From an uncultured Clostridium sp. (GTDB lineage Bacteria > Bacillota > Clostridia > TANB77 > CAG-508): a DNA stretch of 64,000 nucleotides. The stretch is taken from assembly GCA_948473335.1 (NCBI GenBank), contig CAOKXF010000004.1, positions 70,530-134,529 of the forward strand. Direction: 5' to 3'. Shown one piece after another: positions 20,798 through 30,206 of this stretch (within the stretch, counting starts at the first letter, position 1; every line of letters begins with the position of its first letter). The notes beneath the pieces are model-generated. The model had not been told where the DNA came from, did no database searches, and saw only the letters and a program-made list of their open reading frames with translations. A program made the position numbers and the translations under genes.

Positions 20798-21448
20798 ATA
20801 ATACAAAAAATATTAGATATAATATTTCCACCAGTATGTGGGATATGTGGCAAGATAAATGAAAACTGGATATGTAATAAATGTAAACTACAATTCAAAA
20901 AATATTATAATTTTAAAATAGATAACTATAAAAATAATAACGCAAAGAATTTTGATGAGCATATTTATTTTTTTAAATATGATGGAATAGTCAGAGAGGA
21001 ATTAATAAAATATAAGTTTCAAGAAAAATCATATAATTATAAAATGTTTTCAGAAATAATGTTTTCTAATCAAGCATTTAGTGAGGCATTAAAAAAATAT
21101 GATATAGTAATCTCAGTTCCAGTAAGTAAAAAGAGAAAAAAGGAGAGAGGTTATAATCAAAGTGAATTAATTGCTCAAGATATTTGCAGAAAATTAGATA
21201 AAAAGTATGCAAAAAATATTTTAATCAAAACTAAAAATACAGTAGCACAAAGTACATTAAATAAAGAACAAAGACAAGAAAATGCAAAGGGAGTATATTC
21301 ATTGAAAAATGAAAATAAGATTAAGAATAAAAAAGTATTATTAATTGATGACATATATACAACAGGAAGTACAGTAAATGAATGTGCTAGAGTTTTGAAA
21401 CAAGCAAATTTGAAGGAAATAGGAATATTTACCATTGCAAAAGATTAA
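20798..21448 (+). CDS. comFC: ComF family protein (ComFC-like phosphoribosyltransferase) with no canonical start codon.
   Basis: Zinc-finger N-terminus (ILDIIFPPVCGICGKINENWICNKC) and a PRTase motif (KVLLIDDIYTTGST). The frame is open from 20756 in the recD2 frame with no ATG, GTG or TTG before 21044. AGGAGG at 20782-20787 sits 10 nt upstream of ATA ATA at 20798. Confidence 0.65.
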   Translation: MIQKILDIIFPPVCGICGKINENWICNKCKLQFKKYYNFKIDNYKNNNAKNFDEHIYFFKYDGIVREELIKYKFQEKSYNYKMFSEIMFSNQAFSEALKKYDIVISVPVSKKRKKERGYNQSELIAQDICRKLDKKYAKNILIKTKNTVAQSTLNKEQRQENAKGVYSLKNENKIKNKKVLLIDDIYTTGSTVNECARVLKQANLKEIGIFTIAKD

Positions 21449-21467
21449 AATAGAAAAGAAGATATTC

Positions 21468-21690
21468 TTAAATAGAAATATCTATTTGTGAACAGTCTTC
21501 TTTTCTTATTGCAATGATGCTAGAACGAACATCATAAGCTCTAGGGTCACCAGAGGGACTAATTAAAATTGGAGTAATTATTGTGCCGTGGGATTAAACC
21601 TAAATCAAGTAATCTTCTACGAATACTACCAGTACAATTTAAAGATTTAATTTTAGCACTTTTATTTAGTTTCAAATCATTTAAATTCAT
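21468..21690 (-). pseudogene. feoA: FeoA-like small protein, disrupted by a single-base frameshift.
   Basis: Minus-strand MNLNDLKLNKSAKIKSLNCTGSIRRRLLDLGLIP is the FeoA N-terminus, then a stop. The +1 frame continues HGTIITPILISPSGDPRAYDVRSSIIAIRKEDCSQIDISI, the FeoA C-terminus. There is an apparent extra C near plus 21588-21592. No feoB is adjacent. Confidence 0.55.
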
Positions 21691-21932
21691 ATTTTTCACA
21701 TCCTATCACTATAAATGAATGAGTATCTTTAATATATTAACATATTAACTAAATTAATAGTAGCTGTTATAAACTATTTTAATGTATATAAAATGTTATA
21801 ATAAAAAATTGTCTAATATATTATATTTATGTAGAAAAAGAAAAGTTAATAATTTTTATATAAGATAATTAAAAACAGTTATAAATAATAGATGAGAAGA
21901 GAGAAGGAGAGGTATAATAAAATAAAAAACTG

Positions 21933-21976
21933 CTTATTAACAAATAGGCGCAGATATGCGCCTATTTGTTAATAAG
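21933..21976 (-). terminator. Terminator for the minus-strand flippase gene: a 20-bp perfect stem. Prototype of the GC-rich palindrome family.
   Basis: CTTATTAACAAATAGGCGCA-gata-TGCGCCTATTTGTTAATAAG. On the minus strand it is followed by a T-tract (cagttttttatttt). Confidence 0.6.
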
Positions 21977-21989
21977 CTAAATTTAATAT

Positions 21990-23636
21990 TTAAGTATGTT
22001 TAAAAGGTAATTTACTAACGATACTATAAATTTTAGAACCTTTAGGAATATCAAGGTAATCTTCTTTACTAAGAATATTTAAGTACACAACACATATTGC
22101 ATAAACTACAACTGCAATAAATAAAGCAATAATAGTAGCAAGTTTAGGTGCAAAAATATGTAACAATCCAATATAAGATAAGTATGAAATTCCGCCCATA
22201 ATACTAGAAGCTATAAGAGGTTTTATGACAAGTTTAACAATATTATATTTGATATTAATCATACGCTTCAAAGTAATTAATTCAATACCAAGTACGAAAG
22301 AATAGCATAGAATAGAACCTACGATAGCTCCATAAATACCAATTCCTTCAATACGAACTAATATTATATTAGCTAAAAATTTTACAAATGAACCAATAGC
22401 AAGAGCAATTACAGGAGTTTTCAATTTATCTAATCCTTGTAAAGCAGAATTCATATTTTGCCCAAGCATTGTAAAGACAATAGTAAAAGCATATCCAGCT
22501 AGTATATAAGCACCAAAATTAGCATTTGGGAAAATTAAATCCAATATTGGTTGGGCAAAAATACAAAGACCAACAGTACAAGGAAAAGCTATTAATATAG
22601 TAAGTAACATAGATAAGGTGATTTTTTTTGCTATACCAACTTTATCATTTACAGCCTTTAATGCAGCAAGTTCTGGAACTAATGCTACAGAAAATGCAGT
22701 ATTAAAAGATAAAGGAAGACCACCTATTGTATCAACTTTACCACTTAAGACTCCATATATACGCATAGCGTCAGTATAAGATAAAAATGTCATTAAGGAC
22801 CTAGGTACTGTTATAGCATCTATTGTTTTATTAATAGAAATAATAATTGAGGTTAATGACATTGGTATTGCTACTGATAAAACTCTTTTCAATATTTTTT
22901 TCCTACGTTCAGGTTTATATTCAACTTGACTTCTCATTTCTTGATTAATGAATTTAGCTCTGTGTCTAAAGTATAAGAAAATATATACAAAACTAGAAAT
23001 TACAGAGAAGGTAGTAGCTAAATTAGCAGCTACAGCCATGGAAACAGTATTTGTAGAAGTAATAGCTGCTGCAATTTCTACAAAAACGATAGTAAATATT
23101 GTTTTAATAATTTGTTCTAGAGACTGTGAGTTCGCAGTAGGTTTCATTGTATTTCTTCCATTAAAATAACCTCTGATTACAGATGATATGGCAACAAAAA
23201 ATACAGATGGTGCAATAGCCATAATTGTCATTTTAGAATCTGGAATTTTAAGAACTATGTCAGAAATAAAACCAGCGCCTAAAAATAACAATAAACTTCC
23301 TATTAATCCAGCACAGCTAACTACAGTAAGAGCAACTTTAAAAGTCTTACTAGCACCTTTATAATTTCCTAAAGTTACTTTTTCTGAAACTAATTTTGCA
23401 ACAGCACTAGGAATACCTATTGATGAAAGCAATAAAAGCAATGAATAGATTTGATATCCCGCACTATATAACGCATTTCCAGTATCTCCAAAACCTTCAC
23501 GATTTGTAAGATAAATTCTGTAAACTAAACCTAAAACTCTAATTAGAACTTGAGAAAGCATTATTACTAATACATTTCCCATAAAGGAATTCTTTTTTAT
23601 ATTTATTTTTTCATTTGATTTGTTCTTTTTAAACAT
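21990..23636 (-). CDS. MOP-superfamily flippase (MurJ/SpoVB/Wzx-like polysaccharide biosynthesis protein).
   Basis: 548 aa with ~14 predicted TM helices and a MurJ/SpoVB-like N-terminus. Strong RBS. Its ATG overlaps the stop of the upstream FemAB gene (TAATG). Confidence 0.75.
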   Translation of the reverse strand: MFKKNKSNEKINIKKNSFMGNVLVIMLSQVLIRVLGLVYRIYLTNREGFGDTGNALYSAGYQIYSLLLLLSSIGIPSAVAKLVSEKVTLGNYKGASKTFKVALTVVSCAGLIGSLLLFLGAGFISDIVLKIPDSKMTIMAIAPSVFFVAISSVIRGYFNGRNTMKPTANSQSLEQIIKTIFTIVFVEIAAAITSTNTVSMAVAANLATTFSVISSFVYIFLYFRHRAKFINQEMRSQVEYKPERRKKILKRVLSVAIPMSLTSIIISINKTIDAITVPRSLMTFLSYTDAMRIYGVLSGKVDTIGGLPLSFNTAFSVALVPELAALKAVNDKVGIAKKITLSMLLTILIAFPCTVGLCIFAQPILDLIFPNANFGAYILAGYAFTIVFTMLGQNMNSALQGLDKLKTPVIALAIGSFVKFLANIILVRIEGIGIYGAIVGSILCYSFVLGIELITLKRMINIKYNIVKLVIKPLIASSIMGGISYLSYIGLLHIFAPKLATIIALFIAVVVYAICVVYLNILSKEDYLDIPKGSKIYSIVSKLPFKHT

Positions 23637-24712
23637 TATTTCTCCTTTGATATATTTCTTTTGAACTTAATTTTAGTTATTGATTTATATATTGATTCAC
23701 AGACATTAAATGCAAAATTTACAAAAGGATTAAAAACAATAGTTAAACCATCTACAAGCTCTATAATATCTCCATTAAATCCTTTCTTGAAAACGTAAAT
23801 ACCATATTGAGGGTGGTTAGGACCATGTACACCTGAAACTCCTCTAAAATCATAAATATCACAATTTGTATTTAATCCCCATTTCATCATTTCAAATTGT
23901 AATAAGTAATTAGGCATTAAATTTCTATGATTATTTGAGCTTCCGCCATATAAATACCATACTTTATTACCATATTTTATAGGAAGTACAGCAGATATAG
24001 CTTGTCCTTCATATTCTGCAAAGATTAATCTTATATGGTCTTTACCCATAGCGTCCCACATTTTTTCAAAGTACGATAAAGGGCGTACATAAAAATTATC
24101 TCTAGCTTCAGTCGTTTTCATTATATCGTAAAAAATAGGTAAATCCTCTTTAGTACCGTCTCTTAGAGTAACACCCTTTCGAGTTGACAAACGCACATTA
24201 TATCTATGTTTTTCACTAAAAGATTTTAACAATTCTTCTTCTGTTTTATTAGTTAAATTAATTCTTTCAATTATTCTTGGTTGTAATCCACGTGATGCTT
24301 TTTTGGTATCTTTAGTAAATTTATATCCCAAAGATTTCATAAGAATTTTGAATTCAGCATCTGCATTTGAAATATCAGGGTCCATCTTAAAAATAAATGC
24401 TTTGTATTTTTTTGCTAGTTCTTTTACTTGTTTTGTAAGATTTTGTAAAGTGTCTTTATCATGTGGATTACAAACAAACCCACGTGGTGCATACATCATG
24501 TTTTGATGTATACCAGGTATTTTTCTAATTAATACACTCATTACTCCTGTTATTTTATTTGATTTCTGATTTCTTACTATTAATATTTCATTTTTCCAGT
24601 CTGTTTTTACTTTTGCCCATTCTAGTGACTGCATAAAATGTGATTTTGGATGAGTTTCTAAAAATTCATTTAATTCAGTTAATTCTTTTTCAGATAAGTC
24701 TGTTATTTTCAT
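23636..24712 (-). CDS. FemAB-family peptidoglycan interpeptide-bridge aminoacyltransferase (FemX-like).
   Basis: 358 aa. A paralogue of ORF 27869..28930 with shared blocks (VWYLYGGSSNNHRNLMPNYLLQFEMMKW; YDFRGVSGV..HPQYG.Y.FK.GF). Confidence 0.8.
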   Translation of the reverse strand: MKITDLSEKELTELNEFLETHPKSHFMQSLEWAKVKTDWKNEILIVRNQKSNKITGVMSVLIRKIPGIHQNMMYAPRGFVCNPHDKDTLQNLTKQVKELAKKYKAFIFKMDPDISNADAEFKILMKSLGYKFTKDTKKASRGLQPRIIERINLTNKTEEELLKSFSEKHRYNVRLSTRKGVTLRDGTKEDLPIFYDIMKTTEARDNFYVRPLSYFEKMWDAMGKDHIRLIFAEYEGQAISAVLPIKYGNKVWYLYGGSSNNHRNLMPNYLLQFEMMKWGLNTNCDIYDFRGVSGVHGPNHPQYGIYVFKKGFNGDIIELVDGLTIVFNPFVNFAFNVCESIYKSITKIKFKRNISKEK

Positions 24713-24877
24713 TATTTTTAGTTTCCTTTCCTAAAAGATATAAATATGTTTCTTGTTGCAAATTATATCGCCTACAGAGAAGTTTGTCAATGATTTAACG
24801 AAGTTTGAAATATTCAATTTGATTTTATTTTTATTTTGGTATATCATATAAAAAAATTAATAAAAGTGGTGATAAAA

Positions 24878-25744
24878 ATGTCTATCAAATTAGTAGCAAG
24901 CGATTTAGATGGAACTATTATAGATTCATATAATAAAATAGCAATTCAAAATACAGAAGCGATAAAACAGATACAAAGTAAAGATGTAGGATTTGCTATT
25001 TCAACAGGTAAAATATATTCGTCTGTAAAAAATATATGTGAAAATTTTAATGCAACATATGGAATTTTTGGGAATGGAATACAAATTATTGACTTTAAAA
25101 CAGGTAAAGAGATTTATTGTTCATCATTAGATAAAAATGTAGTATTAACTTGTATTAAGTTAGCTAAGGAATATGATTTGCATATACATTTTTATACAAA
25201 CACATCAATAGTAAGTGAAAAATTGATGTACATGGATTTAAGAAATTATATATTAAATAAAGAATCAAATCAAAATTTAGCTGTTCATATAGTAAATAAT
25301 ATCTATGAATTTGCAAAGAAATCCAATGAAAAGATTTTAAGATTTATTATTTCAAGTGATAAAGAATTAACAGATATAAAAAACGAAATTAGTAAAAAAT
25401 TAGATGTTAATATAACTTTAATTAAAAAATATGGAAAATATAAAGATACTATTATTAACAAGGAATATGAATATTTAGATATTACATCTTCAAACACGAG
25501 TAAAGGTAATGCACTGAATTTATTAAGAGAATATTTAAATTTATCACAAGAAGAGGTAATGGCAGTTGGAGATAATATAAATGATACAGAAATGTTAAAA
25601 AATGCTGGTATTGGTGTAGCAGTAGCAAATGCATCAGAACAATTGAAAGAAATCGCATCATATGTAACTACATCTTCAGTTGAAGAAGGAGGTTTTGCTG
25701 AGGCAATTAATAAATATTTGGGGGAAGAGTATATTTATAGTTAA
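24878..25744 (+). CDS. Cof-type HAD-IIB family hydrolase (sugar phosphatase).
   Basis: Motif I (LVASDLDGTI) and motifs III/IV (AVGDNINDTEMLKNAGIGVAVANA). Start chosen at MSIKLVASDLDGT (RBS GGTGAT); the ORF opens at 24836. Confidence 0.8.
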   Translation: MSIKLVASDLDGTIIDSYNKIAIQNTEAIKQIQSKDVGFAISTGKIYSSVKNICENFNATYGIFGNGIQIIDFKTGKEIYCSSLDKNVVLTCIKLAKEYDLHIHFYTNTSIVSEKLMYMDLRNYILNKESNQNLAVHIVNNIYEFAKKSNEKILRFIISSDKELTDIKNEISKKLDVNITLIKKYGKYKDTIINKEYEYLDITSSNTSKGNALNLLREYLNLSQEEVMAVGDNINDTEMLKNAGIGVAVANASEQLKEIASYVTTSSVEEGGFAEAINKYLGEEYIYS

Positions 25745-25902
25745 AGTTCAAAAATAGCATATTATGTATTTCAGCATTAGTATTTTCAATAAAGTGTGAC
25801 ATATGATTGACTAAACTACAATACATATTTTTAAAAAATAAAACTAATTATTGAAATGCAAAATAAGATAATATATAATGATTAAAAGAAAAGGGGGACT
25901 AT

Positions 25903-27834
25903 ATGAAAAAAGCAAAAATTTGCTTAATGATGATAATAACAATAATTATAATAGGAATAACAAAAACTGTAAGTGCAGAATTAAAATTAAATGTCTTAAA
26001 GTTTGAAGCAAATATAAAAGAAAATGGAGATATGGAAGTTACTGAACTTTGGAATATAAGGATAGAAGACACAAATACGTTATATAAATATTTCAAAAGA
26101 GATAGTAGTAAATTTTCTGGGATAGAAAATGTAAAAGTAACAGATATAACAAGTGGAAAAAATCAGTTATATACAAAAGACAGATTTTGGCAATATCATG
26201 TGACTAAAAATCATTATTATGGAGCAATGAATAAAGAAGGTAATTTTGAAATAGGATGGGGAGTAGGACTAGAAAATAGTAGTGCTACACGAGTATATAA
26301 GATAGAATATACAGTAAAAGATGCATTAACAAAATACAATGATTATGCTGAATTATATTGGCAATTTATAGGAAATGGATTTGAAGTGCCAGCGAAAGAA
26401 GTAGTAGGAAAAATAACATTACCACAAGAAGCCGAAAATAAAGAAAAAATAAAAGTATGGGGACATACAGAAGAATTAAATGGAGAAATATATGTAACTT
26501 CAACAAACACAATAGAATTTCAACTAAATGGATATAATAGTGGAAATATGTTGGAAGTAAGAGCATTAATTCCAACAGAAATGATAACATCTACAACAAA
26601 GTATAAAGATAAAGAAATTTTACGCGAGATAATAGATGAAGAGACACGATGGGTAGAAGAGGCAAATTCAAAAAGGTTAAGAAAAAAAGTATTAATAACA
26701 TCAGTAGTATCAATAGTTTCACTAATTATAGATATTGTTATAATAATGAAGATAAAAAAATATAACAAAAAACAAAAAGAGTTAACTCAAAAATATGTAC
26801 CAGAAAATAATATAGAATATTATAGAGACATTCCAAGAAAAAATGCAACTCCAGGAGAAGCATATAGATTAATAAATGAATCAATATCAGATATTACATC
26901 AGTAAATATAGGAAGAATATTCTCAGCAGGATTATTAGATTTAAGTTTAAAGGGATATTTGGAATTTGAAATTAATGAACAAAAGAAAAAAGAAATTATA
27001 ATAAAATTAACAAATAAGCAAATTAATGAAAATGAAGAAATAAGAGAAGAAAAAAGTATATATGAATTTTTAAAAAATATAAAAAATATAGAAAATGGAA
27101 TAACTGTAAAAGAACTACAAAAAGCAATTGAGAAATATCCAAGTAAAATAGAAAAATTAGTAGAGAATATAAATAAAAAAATATCAAATGGACTAAAAGA
27201 AAATGAACTCATAGATGAAAAAGCAAAAGATGAATATTCAAAATATACATCTGGACAAATTGTATATTTCATAGTGTTAGTATGGTCAATAATATCATCA
27301 ATTTTTGTATTAATAGATGAAGCAAATATAATAATAAAAATATGTATTGCAAGTACAATATTAATGATAATAATAGGACTAATAAAATCAATAATAGTAG
27401 CAAAAAAGATAAATGTTTTTACACAAAAAGGAGTAAACGAAATTGAAGAATGGAAAGGACTAAAAAAATACATGAAAGATTATTCATTATTAGATGAAAA
27501 AGAAGTCCCAGCTATTACGATTTGGGAGAAATATTTAGTATTTGCAACAGCATTTGGAATAGCAAATGAAGTAATAAAACAATTAAAACTTGTGTATCCA
27601 GACTTTGAAAATGTATCAACAATAAATAGTACAACATTATTTATTGTAATGAATACAGACTTTAATAGAACATTTTCAAGTGCTATAAGTACATCAATGT
27701 CTACAACTTATTCGTCTGCAACAGGAGGCGGCGGAGGATTTTCTGGCGGAGGCGGAGGTGGCCGGAGGCCGGTGGTGGAGGCGGTGGACGCTAAAACTAT
27801 AAAAAACAAATGGTTTATAGGTAAGTCCAATTAA
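25903..27834 (+). CDS. DUF2207-like membrane protein: signal peptide, extracellular domain, three TM helices and a Gly-rich C-terminal tail.
   Basis: Signal peptide MKKAKICLMMIITIIIIGITKTVSA. TMs at ~aa 264-283, 452-470 and 478-497. C-terminus SSATGGGGGFSGGGGGG encoded by a ~75% GC tract (27724-27790). Confidence 0.6.
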   Translation: MKKAKICLMMIITIIIIGITKTVSAELKLNVLKFEANIKENGDMEVTELWNIRIEDTNTLYKYFKRDSSKFSGIENVKVTDITSGKNQLYTKDRFWQYHVTKNHYYGAMNKEGNFEIGWGVGLENSSATRVYKIEYTVKDALTKYNDYAELYWQFIGNGFEVPAKEVVGKITLPQEAENKEKIKVWGHTEELNGEIYVTSTNTIEFQLNGYNSGNMLEVRALIPTEMITSTTKYKDKEILREIIDEETRWVEEANSKRLRKKVLITSVVSIVSLIIDIVIIMKIKKYNKKQKELTQKYVPENNIEYYRDIPRKNATPGEAYRLINESISDITSVNIGRIFSAGLLDLSLKGYLEFEINEQKKKEIIIKLTNKQINENEEIREEKSIYEFLKNIKNIENGITVKELQKAIEKYPSKIEKLVENINKKISNGLKENELIDEKAKDEYSKYTSGQIVYFIVLVWSIISSIFVLIDEANIIIKICIASTILMIIIGLIKSIIVAKKINVFTQKGVNEIEEWKGLKKYMKDYSLLDEKEVPAITIWEKYLVFATAFGIANEVIKQLKLVYPDFENVSTINSTTLFIVMNTDFNRTFSSAISTSMSTTYSSATGGGGGFSGGGGGGRRPVVEAVDAKTIKNKWFIGKSN

Positions 27835-27868
27835 AAACCTAAATATAGCATACAAGGAAAGAATAACA

Positions 27869-28930
27869 ATGAGGTATGTAACTGACGAAAAAACAAGAAA
27901 TGAATATAAAGAGTTTTTAGAAAAACATGAAAGATGTAATTTTCAACAATCAACAGAATGGGCAGAGGTAAAGAAACCAAACTGGAAACCAGAAATAATA
28001 TTAGCAGAAGATGAAAGTGGAAATATAATAGGATCATTGTGTGTATTAATTAGAAAAATTCCTATATTTGGAAATATAATGTATTCTTCAAGAGGTCCAG
28101 TATGTGATATACACAATAAAGAAGTATTAAAACAATTAACAGATGGAACAAGGGAACTAGCTAAAAAATACAACGCAATAGTTTTAAGAATAGAGCCAGA
28201 TATAGTTAGCGATGACAAAGAATTTAGAAATATTATAACTGAATTAGGTTATAAAATAAAAGACGATGCAAAAGACTTTAAGGATGAAATTCAACCAAGA
28301 TATGTTTTTCGATTAGATATAAAAGGAAAGACAGAAGAAGAAGTTTTTGCAAATTTTAAGCAAAAGTGGAGATATAATATACGTTTAGCTACTAAAAAAG
28401 GTGTAGAAATAAAAGAAGGTACAAAAGAAGATTTAAAAGATTTTCATAAAATAATGGTAGAAACAGGGGCAAGAGATGGATTTATTGTAAGGTCATTAGC
28501 TTATTTTGAAAAAATGTATGACTGTTTAGCTCCTAAGCATATGAAATTACTTATGGCATATTATGAAGGAAAGCCAATATCAGGTGTTATTCCTATATTC
28601 TATGGTAACAAGACATGGTATCTATATGGTGCAAGCAGTAATGAACATAGAAATTTGATGCCAAATTATTTGCTACAATGGGAAATGATTAAAATGGCAT
28701 TAGAGAGAAAAGATGATGTGTATGACTTTAGAGGTGTTTCTGGAGTTTTAGATGAGAACCATCCTCAATATGGTTTGTATAGATTTAAGCAAGGTTTCGG
28801 TGCTACTTTTACTGAGTTTTTAGGAGAAGTTTATATTCCATTTAAACCATTAACTTATAAATTATATAAATTTTCTGAAAAGACTTTTAGAACTTTGAGA
28901 CAGTTAAAGATGAAGATATTGAAAAAATAA
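27869..28930 (+). CDS. FemAB-family peptidoglycan aminoacyltransferase, second paralogue.
   Basis: 353 aa. Collinear with 23636..24712 (NFQQSTEWAEVK; TWYLYGASSNEHRNLMPNYLLQWEMIKMA; YDFRGVSGVLDENHPQYGLYRFKQGF). Confidence 0.8.
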   Translation: MRYVTDEKTRNEYKEFLEKHERCNFQQSTEWAEVKKPNWKPEIILAEDESGNIIGSLCVLIRKIPIFGNIMYSSRGPVCDIHNKEVLKQLTDGTRELAKKYNAIVLRIEPDIVSDDKEFRNIITELGYKIKDDAKDFKDEIQPRYVFRLDIKGKTEEEVFANFKQKWRYNIRLATKKGVEIKEGTKEDLKDFHKIMVETGARDGFIVRSLAYFEKMYDCLAPKHMKLLMAYYEGKPISGVIPIFYGNKTWYLYGASSNEHRNLMPNYLLQWEMIKMALERKDDVYDFRGVSGVLDENHPQYGLYRFKQGFGATFTEFLGEVYIPFKPLTYKLYKFSEKTFRTLRQLKMKILKK

Positions 28931-29023
28931 TAATAAATGATGAAAATACCTATAGTTTCAAATAAAATAACTATGGGTGTTTATAATATGATATATTTGA
29001 TAGAATATAAAATGAAGGAGGAC

Positions 29024-30160
29024 ATGCTATATATTATAGATAGCATAATTATAAAGTTGAAAAAAATAATAATAGAAAGAAAAAAATTAGAAGAAAATAT
29101 TCAGAAAATAAAAAAAATGTCGGAAATGAAGGATGAGAAAGTAAAAATTATAGCAGTAGTAAAATGTAATGGATATGGATTAGGAGCAATAGAATATACA
29201 AAAGTATTAATAGAAAATGGAATAGAAATATTTGCAGTATCAAGTGTAGAAGAGGCAATACAATTAAGAGAAGCAGGAATAGAAAATGATATTATAATGC
29301 TATCAGGAATAGCAATAAAAGAAGAGATAGAAAAGTTAATAGATAATGATATAATATTAACAATAGGAAGTAAAGAAGATATAGAGATAATAGAGAAAAT
29401 TGCAGAAGAAAAGGACATAGAAATAAGAGCACATCTAAAAATAGATACAGGAATGGGAAGATATGGATTTATATATAATCAACCAGAAATATTAATAGAG
29501 AATTTACAAAAAATAAATCGAATCAAAATAGAGGGAACATATTCACACTTTTCAAATAGTTATTATGATAAAAAATATACAGAAGAACAATTTAAAAGAT
29601 TTAATGAAACAGTGACAATATTAAAACAAAATAATATAGAAACAGGAATGCTACATATATGTAACTCATCAGCATTTATAAAATATCCTAATATGTATTT
29701 AGATGCTGTAAGAATAGGATCAGCATTTTTAGGAAGATTATCATGCAAAAGTGACATCGAATTAAAATCAATAGGGTATTTAGAAACAAAAGTAACAGAA
29801 ATAAAAGAAATAAAAAAGGGGAGTTATGTAAGTTATTCAAAGGCGTATAAGACAAAAAGAAAAACAAAGGTTGCAATAATACCTTGTGGATACGATGATG
29901 GATTTAATATAGCAACAGGAAAAGATATGTTTAGAATAATAGACAAGCTTAGAAATATTTCTAGAGCATTAAAAGATTTATTTAAAAAACAAAAAATATC
30001 AATAAAAATAGGCAATGAAAGTTGTAAAGTATTAGGGAGAGTCGGAACACATCATATAATTTGTGATATAACAGATAAAGATATTAATATTGAAGATAAG
30101 GCAATCCTTCAAATAAATCCAAAGTATGTAGATTCTAGTATAAATAGAGAATTTAGATAG
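29024..30160 (+). CDS. alr: Alanine racemase (PLP-dependent).
   Basis: PLP-lysine motif AVVKCNGYGLG and a typical Alr C-terminal domain. Start chosen at ATG 29024 after AAGGAGG; the tool ORF starts at 28937. Confidence 0.8.
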   Translation: MLYIIDSIIIKLKKIIIERKKLEENIQKIKKMSEMKDEKVKIIAVVKCNGYGLGAIEYTKVLIENGIEIFAVSSVEEAIQLREAGIENDIIMLSGIAIKEEIEKLIDNDIILTIGSKEDIEIIEKIAEEKDIEIRAHLKIDTGMGRYGFIYNQPEILIENLQKINRIKIEGTYSHFSNSYYDKKYTEEQFKRFNETVTILKQNNIETGMLHICNSSAFIKYPNMYLDAVRIGSAFLGRLSCKSDIELKSIGYLETKVTEIKEIKKGSYVSYSKAYKTKRKTKVAIIPCGYDDGFNIATGKDMFRIIDKLRNISRALKDLFKKQKISIKIGNESCKVLGRVGTHHIICDITDKDINIEDKAILQINPKYVDSSINREFR

Positions 30161-30206
30161 AAAATGAAATAATAAAAAGGCATTTTATATAATATGCCTT
30201 TTTATA

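Noticed and set aside
28937-29023. Upstream extension of alanine racemase in the tool ORF (MMKIPIVSNK...).
   Set aside because: Alr homologues begin ~30 aa before the PLP-lysine motif, and ATG 29024 has an AAGGAGG RBS. The extension has no homology.
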